From Eledone cirrhosa (lineage: Eukaryota), in contig OZ024747.1 of NCBI GenBank assembly GCA_964016885.1, positions 30,938,001-31,002,000 of the forward strand: 64,000 bases of DNA, in the 5' to 3' direction. The translations under genes were made by a program, and so were the position numbers. Below the pieces are notes generated by a model. It ran no database searches and was not told the DNA's origin. It was given only the letters and a program-made list of their open reading frames with translations. Shown piece by piece: positions 52,926 through 64,000 of this stretch (position 1 is the stretch's first letter; each line of letters opens with the position of its first letter).

Positions 52926-55609
52926 GTTATATACTGTAGCTTCCTATACTTTTCACATTGGTGACACACTTAAAGTAAAGAAGCAACAAATTTTGTGACA
53001 TATTAATTTAGTTATGTTAATTATTAATTTAAAAAAAAAAAAATTAAATATCATATCATTCATCACTAGTCATGTGTCAAATTATGTACATCAGGTGTAT
53101 GATTTCAAAAATATACACCACATGAAAATTGATTAGATTTTACTTAATTTCATGATACATTTAATCAGCAATATAGATAAATATAGAGTTTAATTGATTC
53201 GCTTACTGAGTGGGGTGGAATTTGTCAAATTGAACCAAGGAAAAAATGTTTCCATTGGTCTTTCCATTGCTGATACTATCTACCACTCATAACTCCTGAT
53301 ATATTGCAGCACAGTTTAGAAACCACTGCTTTAGAAACTTTACTAATACAAATCATTGAAACTCAATATTCATATGGGTATAAAGAAACATATATTCCAA
53401 ACCACATCTATATAATTAACCAGAAAATATTTTATGATGGAAACGAGAAATGCAACGTCAACTGCAGTAACTTTAATTTGCTATGCTTAATATTGCTTAA
53501 TTTGTTATATTTCCTCATCAAGAAGAAGAGAAGCAATGCTCAGTTATCTGCTTGAGAAAGTTTCAATACAATATAGTATCTTTACAAGAACACAACACAC
53601 AAACGAGTCCAGGAATTGAACCTATGACATTATGATCATAAGTCCAACACACTTTTCACTCGTTCATGCGATTGTTACTATATTTTATTGACTGCTGAAG
53701 GAAAAGTTGACCACGTAGGAATTTGAACCCAGAACATAAAGTAAAAACTTTGAACAAATTCTTTTAAATATTCCATCTGGTGCTTTAACAATTCTACCAA
53801 TCCAAATAAATTCATCATTATGGCATATTTTTCTATTATTGAAATAGTTTGAGGTATATTGCTTAGTTTTCAGTTAAATAGTATAACCCTTTTGCATTTA
53901 AACCAGCCATATCCGACCAGAATTCTCTCGCCTCTCTCTGTTCAGTCTCTAGCTAGTCACTGATACTGATATTAAGGTATTGTTCTTAAAACAAACAATA
54001 TCAAAATTTCTTAGATTCGTTATTATGTAAGATAATTATGTGAGGTAAAGATAATTACCATGAAAATATAGTAGTAAATATAGATTAATGTAAATGCTAA
54101 AGGGATAACTTAGAAATATAGAAATACAATTCTGAGGTATAGGGAAAATAGGCATAAATATATCAGTCAAAAAGTTTTGTGGAATTTTCTATTGAACAGT
54201 TACAGTTATAGACAAAACATAAATAACACACCATAAACCTTTAAGTCTCTCTTCACAATATGTGACATTTCTTGTCCTTCCTTCCAAATAATTACAGAAT
54301 ACATGATATAGAAGCAAAGCATTGAACAATTTGTGAGCCATTTTTCTGTCACATAGAAAATGGTATATATACATATATAATTGTTAGGTAAAAGGTTGCA
54401 AGGGTTAAGTTAATGCATGTTTGAAAAGAAACAAAGTTGCATGTGAAAACTCTATTATATCTGGACAAGACCTGTACATAGCTTGTCTTAGAATGACTGG
54501 CCAACAAACTATTCCAATTTAATTTCACAGCTGAGTGGTTAACAATTACAAGGACATTCAACTGTAAAAGATATAACTCTATCAAAAGCTATACCACCTA
54601 CACTAATATGGAGAGCTCTATATCAAATAGTAAATGAAAAGAAAAACAGTTATTTATTGTTGTTGTTCTTTTATTGTTAAAGGAAAAATCTACACAAGCA
54701 AAATAAATATTATTCAATAAGGTTTAGTCTCTTATTGTAGAAACTATTCTAGTTGCAGCTGCTTAATCCACTTCTAAGCCAATAACTCAGAATTCCAGAA
54801 GCACTAAACAGGAAACTACGAATGAGAAGCTTGTTCAAAAGATTAAATAGAATGTCTTGTAGAGTACACATAATCTTTCCAATCCTAGGGGAGACAGTAA
54901 GGCTAAAATAAACCAAAAGATCTTGTTATATGAAATTCTTTTTACAAGAATACTATACTGAAAAACTAAAAAATAAAAGAATATACCGAGGAAAAGTTTT
55001 ACAAAGTGCAGCTGATGACACAAACAGAGAAAGAAAACAGTGAATAGCAAATAGCAGAAAAAAGTAAAACTGAAATACTTCAAGATATTTTTCAAATAAT
55101 TCCAGTTACTGGTCATTGGTCATGCTGGAGCAGTGCTTATATGTATCAGACACATTAGAGAAATCAAACTATGATGCACACCCACAAGCTAAATTGGCAC
55201 CCAGCTAAATAATATATTAGTGAAATTAACCTCCAATCACACCCTATCATTTGAAAGAAAAATGGAAGAAATATTGGACAATATACACCTGGATATGTTG
55301 AGGTTTCTGATTATGAGTTTTCTGGATATGGGTTGACCTACAGCTAAAGAACAACAAATCTCATAAAGCAAAATCAAAAGGTTTAAATTTTGATCATAGG
55401 TTTGCTCGATTAGGAATAAGCTGTAGTTAAACAACTACAACAACATTCATATTTATGACCAACTACATCCAAAAAGGCAAGAAAATATCTGCTTGATACA
55501 TAAAAGACTTATTTGATTATATCTATCGTTATCCCTGATTTAATATTTTTTATTTGGGAGATGTTATATTAATTTCCCCTTGAGGGTTTTTATTGCCCAT
55601 TCTAATCCT

Positions 55610-55802
55610 CTTGTTTCAATAGGCCCTTCTGCTGTGCACCATCCATGTGCACCACATGTCCATATGAATGCAGTCTTCTCTCTCATACACCACTTCGGAT
55701 TCTTCTTCAACCAAGCTTCGCCCTCAGTTCATCCAAGCTCTGCATTTCTCTCACATTTACAATGCACATCCAATGAAGCATGGCTGCTTCATTTCCCTCT
55801 TG
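55610..55802 (-). pseudogene. Old RTE C-terminal remnant
   Basis: NEAAMLHWMC.VNVRE..SLDELRAKLG...YGHVVHMD. Confidence 0.6.
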
Positions 55803-57267
55803 TAACTGATAAAAATATTATTATAAATGACCACAATATTATTGACAAACAAATTGCTCACTTGCAGACAAAATAAACTTGCTCAGGTCTTATAACTTCA
55901 TGAAATTAACCAAGAAGAAAATTTTCATTATTTCTACATAACTAGTTTATCGCCACTTTAAATTAAAAATTAGTAGAAAGAAAATATCGTCTGGTAAATT
56001 TACCAAATTAATTGAAATTTATTAAAAGTGAAATTATTAATTTAGTTGAAATTGTTGAAAAAACATTAAATTACATATAGTAAATACATGAATGCTTTCT
56101 ATACAAAATCACATAAACATTTACTATAAATACATACACACATATGTATTTATGTATGCATGTATCTGTATGCATGTGTGTAAGTATGTATGTGTTTGCG
56201 TGTATGCATATGTGTGCATATGTATGTATGCATATATGTGTGTGTATTTATGTGTATATGCACATATGTGTTTATGCATGTATATTTGTATGTATCCATG
56301 TGTATGTGTCTTCAAGTATGTATGTGTGTGTGTATACATAATTATATATATACATATGTATCAATGAACATGTGTATGTATGTATGTTTGCATGTATGCA
56401 TGGATACATGTATGTACATATGTGTGTGTATAAAAGTATGCTTGTTGTTTTTCCATGCATATCTCCACACTGACATCACTTAAACAATTAGTGGAGTTTA
56501 CATTCAGCAGTTCAGTGGAATAAGCACCATACTTAGAAATAAATTTGATTCTAGGAAGGGCATCTATTTGTAGCATTTTGAGAAACCCTACAGAATATTT
56601 CTCATTGTTTCATTACTGTTTTACCTGCTGTATAGCCCAGTGCACCCATGATCAAACAAGTGGTATTCCAGATGTGACCATCACATATTTTTTCCTGACA
56701 TAGAAAATAATGTATCTAGAACAATAAAGACCAATATAAAAGATTTTGCCAAATGTTAGGGTATAATTTCAATGAGACCCACTATTTATAGCACATCTAC
56801 TTCACCATTAATGAAAACAATGCATTAGTGTTAAAAGGGGACAATGTAGAAAGGTGGAAAATTAAACTGAAACTTAGGAAATTGAGAACTTTTGTTCATT
56901 TGTGTATGTAATATGACGAAATGTATATTTCTTTCATTCTCATTAAAAAAAAAGAAAACAATACATATATATATATTTCTTTCAAACTCATAAAAAAGAA
57001 AAAATGAAAACAATATATGTACCACACACACACATATGTGTGTGTATGAGACCCTTTATCTTGTGTGTATGTGCAATATATATATATACAATAACTAAAA
57101 CAAAATATTGAAGACAGCATATTTAAAGGTACTCATATGGAAATATGAGAAATTTGGAGTGATATATCTTAGAAAATATGAGAGAACTCTTCTAATTGGA
57201 AAGTATGTATATTAAAAAATAAATAAGGAAAAATATATAAAGGATATATTTAAGTGTCTGTGTGCAC

Positions 57268-57343
<76 letters not shown>

Positions 57344-57693
57344 ATAATAATTGTTTCTACTTTTGGCACAAGACCAGCAATTATCCAGTACATTACTGGT
57401 ACTTTATTTTATCGATACTGTAAAAGCACAGAGTGGAATACATGCAACAGATAATACAAGGGAATAGCCTAATAATTAAAGAGGCATTGAGGAAGAATGA
57501 GGACACTAGCAGTACATATGCAAGCGTGTAGAGAGTGCACATGTGTTAGTCATATATATGAAGGGAACAAGCAAAGGTATTAGACATATATAAATTTATG
57601 CCTAATACTTTTGTTCACAACATCAATATATATGTATCTATATGATTGTTCAGTTGAATAACGAGGTTAGTTATATGTACAAACATTGATAAA

Positions 57694-57738
57694 GCTCCGA
57701 TGACTCCACACGAAAGTTTGGAAGAAACGATTGTCAGC
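57694..57738 (+). ncRNA. Type I hammerhead, core CCGATGA (related to the Naiad-2 pLTR motif)
   Basis: gct-CCGATGA-c tcca(cacgaaagtt)tgga a-GAAA-cgattg-TC-agc. Confidence 0.7.
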
Positions 57739-57930
57739 AATAAAATGATTTGAACATAACTTTGGTAATTGTGTAATTTATATATATATATATATATGTA
57801 TATATAATGATGGAGGTGTGGTAAGGAACCAGATGGACCATAACGCCCCAGAGTATTCAATACTTAGGGTAATAGAGTGGGTAATAGGAAAATAGACACA
57901 CATACACACACACATATATATATATATATA

Positions 57931-58090
57931 TCATCATCATCATCATCATTTTAAATCCGCTTTTCCCTGCTTGCAAGGGTGGGATGGGTCCTATTCAGCA
58001 CAGCATCTCTCCACTTGTCATGGTCCTTTGTCATCTCCTCAGTGAGCTTCAGCGATCTGTGGTCTGCTCTCACCACCTCCCCCCATGTTT
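57931..58090 (-). mobile_element. Short RTE 3' tail fragment
   Basis: TWGEVVRAD.RSLKLTEEMTKD; (GAT)n. Confidence 0.75.
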
Positions 58091-58213
58091 TTGATAAAAT
58101 GTGCTTGTTTTTTGTAGACCTGTTCTTTGTGGCAATGAAGAAATGGGTGACCCAGAATTTGGTGTGACATGTGGATTTGGGGATGATGGGGGTGACCTGC
58201 ACTATAGTGTGAA

Positions 58214-58259
<46 letters not shown>

Positions 58260-58398
58260 AGAACATATATTTGCCCCTTCTGTTTTGACACCAAGAATTG
58301 TTAAGATTAAATCTACTTAGTAAGAATCTAATTTCTATAGATTCATAGACTAGAAAGTTATATAAGAAATACAACACACACACACACACATATATATC

Positions 58399-58431
<33 letters not shown>

Positions 58432-58659
58432 TAAAATGACAAGACAATGTCTGCTTAATTTAAAAGTCAGCCATCATGACAAAGGAAAGAAAGAAAGGAG
58501 GAAGAAAAAAAACAAGAGAAATGCAAAAGAGAAAGGGAAGGGAAAATAAAACAATTTGGATGGCAATAATAAGTATTGATTTATATACAGACAGAAAAAT
58601 GGAATCTAGAAAAGACTACCAACCACTGATGTCAAAAGGTCAAAGAAGAACAACACAAC

Positions 58660-58693
<34 letters not shown>

Positions 58694-58896
58694 ATAAGTT
58701 CAAAAAGTAAGGAAAAAAACCCTGAAGCCTATAAATGTTAAGCAGAAAATAAGTTTCAAACAGCTGCAGTGTAATTGTGTCAGTAGCCAGATCAGAGTGA
58801 TGTGAGAGAAAATTTGACACATCACAACATCACAATCTAATTGTTTCAGCTTCAAAACATGGTCTCCAATCAAACCCCTTGTCAATATATATATAT

Positions 58897-58944
<48 letters not shown>

Positions 58945-58970
58945 TGATCTACGCATGACATTCTTCAACC

Positions 58971-59145
58971 TATGAGGATCAGCTGAAAAGTTTGCAGGCT
59001 CACTATGAAGGAGTAATGCTAGAGATGTGAAATCTTGCATACAACTCAAATCTTATTGATAAATGCAACGTTTCTTTTCAGTGACTATGTTGAGAAATAA
59101 ACCTCATTTGGTCATTCCATAAGAGTATCTTGGTCGGCCTTGTAT
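58971..59145. mobile_element. Mariner-like MITE remnant
   Basis: tatgaggatcagctgaaaagtt resembles a mariner TIR; second end decayed. Confidence 0.4.
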
Positions 59146-62117
59146 TTCTCACATGTAGAGTAACTGGTACCCATTAGATTATGCATTCTACCTCCAGATA
59201 CAAAATACCTTCAGTAAATATGGACTCAAAAGCACATTGTTAGTTGTCTAATATTTTACTTATTTGACTATTTCAACTCTACATGCCACACATTAACCAT
59301 TTGAAATGTTGTTGTCTTCCCCTTCACCATTTCTCAAGATAAATACAGAAGTAATATTTCATTAACATTTAATGGTTACACTTTTCAAGTAAATCACACT
59401 TTTAGTTGTATCTGAAATCAAACGATTTTCATAGGAAGCATCTAAATCAACCATTCAAAATTATAAAATCAATCTACTTAAGTCCATATGCAATCCATTT
59501 TCTTTTGCTGCAATCATAAATTTTCCGAGTGTGCTCCATTTACGGTAAAGTGAGTCTGCATTGACCAAAGTACTTATCAATATCAATACTAAGGAAATGT
59601 TTAAAATCTTTAATCATATTTCCTTCGATAGGAAATGATTGTATTGGAGAAATTCCAAGCAGAATTTCTTCTGTTATACTTTGAGTGATCAATGTATTCA
59701 AGTGGAAGTAAATCTGTCACTGCCTTTAAAAATATCATAGATCTCTGATCGAAATCTTGCAGAGAAGCAAATTAAGTCCATATGATTTCTTGCAGATGGA
59801 AGCCCTCGTTTTGGTAATGGAGTGAGTGGTCACTGTAAGTTTTGTGAGAGTGGTCAAGAGAAGCTATGAAATAGTAAAATATAGCTATGCAATATTTGAT
59901 GGCAGTTGCAATTTTCTAATTCCCTCACAGCTTAAGTAAGAATTAAGCTGGATATTGCAGAAATGCCATGATCTATTATGATATATAGCAATTGTGGCAA
60001 GATAGTAACAATTCTGAAATAGTGCTATAGATATTTCTTATGAAGAGTAGTCAGATTCGTTTCAACTTTATCAACTCAGCAATTACAAATGAATGTTTAT
60101 ATATAATGAATATATATAGAAAAAAGAAAATGAAACACTCTTAATTGTAAATTTCTAGATGGATGTTTTCTGTTCAAAAACTCAGTCGGTGGTGGAACGT
60201 TAAACATTATTACTACTTATATTTACTTATATGCATTTATAGAAATAGAAATAGAGCTAGTGTGACATACAAGCAGGTGGAATAAAATGCATAGTTGTCA
60301 ATTTATATTTTGACACACAGTGATTTCACAATGCAGTTGGTATGAAAAAAGGAATTTAATATAACATTTCTACTTGATTTATACTTAAACTAATGCATAC
60401 ATGTGACAGAAATGATGCATTACAAGTGAGCTAATGGGTCAATATATATATATATTTGCTCAGCAGAACTTTAAATATGTAGATACAATTGTTTGTTTTT
60501 AGAAATACAAAGCTGTCTTTTTATCCCTAAATCTGCATTTGTATGAAGCTACATTTTTGTCAATGTATCTGATGATACATTAACTTGAAATCTTCTATTT
60601 GTTTAAATAGGAATAGGAGATCTATGAGAGGAAAATCAAGATGCTATCACATTCTTGTTCTATACTAAGAAGCAGTAGCTATCTAAGTGAAATTAAATGA
60701 CAGCTGTATCTTATATTTAAGACATGAGGAGCTTGCCTCTGTTCTACGTTAAAATATTAAACATAGAGAACTTTACCCAATATGTGAATTACCAGAGTCA
60801 TTGGAAGTCAGATAAAATGGTTTGCAGTATTCATTCTGGCTCTCTGCACTCCGAGTTCAAATCCTGTTAAAGTCAGCAATGCCTTTCAGCTATTTAAAGT
60901 TGATAAAATATACCAATCAAATACCAATAAAAAAATTGGCTATGTTCGGAGATGGGATGGGCTTTGCCAGGTTTTAATTTGCCTAAGACACATCACCACA
61001 TTGTACATCATGATGTTGTGACTACAACTCCATCAATTGTTACAGTTCCATACATAACTATAACCAATGATACTACAAGATTTCTGTTCCTTTACAAACC
61101 AATATAAACTATAATATTAACAAATGAATAAAAACTAAACTAAAAATCGAGTTAGTTGTAAAGCCAGCTGAAATAAAAATGTTTCAAGTAGTTGTTTTCA
61201 TTTTGAAATCCCACAATGATTTATTAGCAAATTGTAATATACATGTAAAGAATGTAATTTGGCAGTTCCACTTTCTTCATACTGGCTTCTAAACTATCTC
61301 CCTTTCCCCATATGCATGACAAACTTTACAAGGTATTGTACATAGTGTCAGCATAGAGCAAACAATTTATTCAAAACATAATTACAAGGCATATAATAAA
61401 ATACAAGGAAAATATACAACCACTAGACTTTTGCAAGATGAAAATAATATACGAAATAAAAGGTTTCTGTTAGTCTGTCCCTAAAGAAATAATTTTCATA
61501 TGGACTTTCAGAAAGGAAATTAGAAAAGTTTTTGATTAGTTTTCTGCTCTAAGAATTTTGGAAACTCCTAGTGATGGTTTTATGAAACATGAATGTTGAG
61601 ACATTTTCTTTATTAAATAAGCACTCATTTTCTTATGCCTTTGGGAGGCACAAGTTCATTTTTATGATTATCAGAAAAGTAAATTTGATACCTGTTGGGT
61701 TACAAAAAAAGACAACTAAGCTTAGATATGATTTAAAAGGTAACCAAAAAAAAAAAGAAAATATATATATATGTATATACATAAAATAAAATATGTCGCA
61801 CACAAAAAAAAGACAAATAACAATAAACAAAATAGTCAATTAAGCTGAAGACTAAACTCTTCCATTTCTATGACAGAACATTTACTAATTCAATAGCAAC
61901 CACAGAGTTGGTAATAAGCAGCTTTCTTGAACATGGCAAAATGTCCAAAGAAATTTGGCTGTAAATCCCTTTCTCAAATTCACATGTTATTCTAATACAT
62001 GACTAGAATGTAGTCAGTTTTAGTGGCAGCTGACTGGAATTTAGTGATGACATTTTCACATATATCAGATATTACATTTCTACTGGTTTATGATATTAGA
62101 CTCTGGCCATGCTGGGA

Positions 62118-62401
62118 CAGGGACGGATTGAATGGGGGCAAAGTGGGCAATTGCCCTGGGCGCCCTGCAGTGGTGGGGGGCAATTTATTTGTGCCAACTG
62201 CTAGGCTTTTTAGTTTTAGGATGGTTAAATTTTTTAAATTCAATACCTGTATGTTTAACATTTCAATTCCAATTACTTGCACCAAACTGACTTTGAAATG
62301 GAAAATTCGGGGCTTGCTCTGTATTCTAATCTTTTTATAAACAATGGGGGCCCCCCAAACCTGAAGTGCCCCTGTCCTCCCAAGGTCTAAATCTGACCCT
62401 G
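62118..62401. mobile_element. hAT (Tip100-like) MITE
   Basis: Termini cagggacggatt / aatctgaccctg; degenerate 8-bp flanks tgctggga / tgctagag; internal gggc-ccc blocks. Confidence 0.55.
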
Positions 62402-64000
62402 TGCTAGAGCAGGAATATATATTCAGAAACAACGTGTGATGGCATAGAGAATCCAACAGATTTAGTAGCTTATATCAAATGATATATTTTAGAACTATAA
62501 GACAGTAACATTTTTGAAATTGTTTAATCTTAGGTCATATCCAATTAAGTGGACCTATAATCATTATCTAGTAGTTGGGTTACCAGGAGCAGTCATTGAG
62601 TTTGATTTACCCCCATGACAAATACAAAACAGTGAGAATCTACCTAAAAAAAGTGCTACCCAGGGCAAACAGGGACTGTCTCTTTCATTTACCTTAGCTA
62701 TAATTCTGCCTATGACACAAGACAATCCTGCTTTGTGTGTATCTATGACTACATTCTCTGTGTTGATTCAGGCATCAAGAACTTGGATTATTATGTAACA
62801 TATTCTTCAGGAATATGTTGTTACTGTCGGTTTTTGTTGTGAGAAGCTATCATTTATGAGATTTGTAATATAAAAAAAAAAACTTGCGATATTTTGCTAT
62901 CAAACTTCTTCAGTTATAGTATGAATTCTAGTAAGAATGGTATGTAATGAACATACTTTTATTTATAAGAGATAGAAGCATTATGGAAAAATCTTGAAAG
63001 TTCATAAAACTCAGTCAGTTTATATTCATATGAGAAATGATGAAAGGTTCAGCTCAGAAATATATACAACTAATTATATAATAGTGAACCATACTCCAGT
63101 GGTATGTTTGCTAAGAGAAACAAATAAAACATTTGTATGGTGGGCTGTTCTGAGACAAATACTACATTTGGTTTTTAATTTGTAGTAAAATACAACTCCT
63201 TGTAACTTCTATTAACTTTCATCTTATCTAAAAATAAAACTTAATAGTCTTAGTGGATGCATTAAAAACACTACCCAAAATGTTATGTCTACTACTTCTT
63301 ATGTCTAACTTCTCATAAACAATCATAAAATTATCTTTATAATTGATATCCTTCCACTGTAACTAAATTCTCAATAGAATGTTCAGTAAACCAACTTCCC
63401 TTTCAAAGCTAATAAATCTGTTAATCCATTTGGAATCAAGTATACAACCATCAAACATTATACCTCTGACCTATTCACAGCCATTTGCAATCTCTTTAAT
63501 TTTTCCTTATTCTGTTCACAAATATCACTACAGAAATATGGAAAAATAGAACTACATGACCTGTTTCTTTTCAGAAAAACATAGCCTTTCACCCGAACCC
63601 TGCTACCACACTTTGATTTAAATATTTCCAAGCAGATTGAAACTATTATTACACTCTGTGTACAATAATTTCCTTCTTTCCTTCCTGGCTACTTTCTAGT
63701 ACCCTATACTGATATATATCAATCACAAATAGTCTATGACCCTGAGATGTTTGAGAGGCTTATCATAGATTATATTTGTGTAGCCTCTAGCTTTCTTACC
63801 AAACCTCATATTGATCTATCTATCCCTCTATCTATCACACAATTTACTTTCTTAACAATTCACAAAGTTTCTGTCGATGTTAAATAGTATATCGTATATG
63901 ACCCTTAATATTAATTCTAAAGCTGCATCAGTCATAGAACTACTGCTATTCATATATTCTCTATCACATACACGTTATGGCAAGGATATAAAAGATTTTC

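Noticed and set aside
52230-60100. Host exons or old transposase in the unique-looking stretches
   Set aside because: No frame with recognisable motifs and consistent splice sites could be read; small exons cannot be excluded without RNA-seq or a homology search

Overview
AT-rich, microsatellite-dense eukaryotic DNA. The repeat content (RTE LINEs with (GAT)n tails, Meta- and CORE-type tRNA SINEs, abundant (TA)n) suggests an octopus or other cephalopod; that assignment is inferred. No host gene could be supported. The window contains one RTE LINE with an intact 1039-aa ORF (APE endonuclease, RT, embedded PHD-type finger), several decayed RTEs, two frameshifted Naiad-like Penelope elements (KNIP N-terminus, RT, GIY-YIG), an internally deleted CsRn1-type Gypsy element (tRNA-Trp PBS, -1 slippery site), SINEs and MITEs. 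The main unexplained signal is non-coding. By eye there are about 20 complete (some with core mutations) and about 9 half type I hammerhead ribozyme motifs from at least 8 sequence families. Most have self-complementary stem III, and several have non-canonical cores (U3:A8, U4C) or 45-95 nt structured stem II insertions. They sit in Penelope pseudo-LTRs, in a 591-bp tandem retrozyme-like unit, and in many fold-back inverted repeats. All structures were read manually; no folding, alignment or database search was run.
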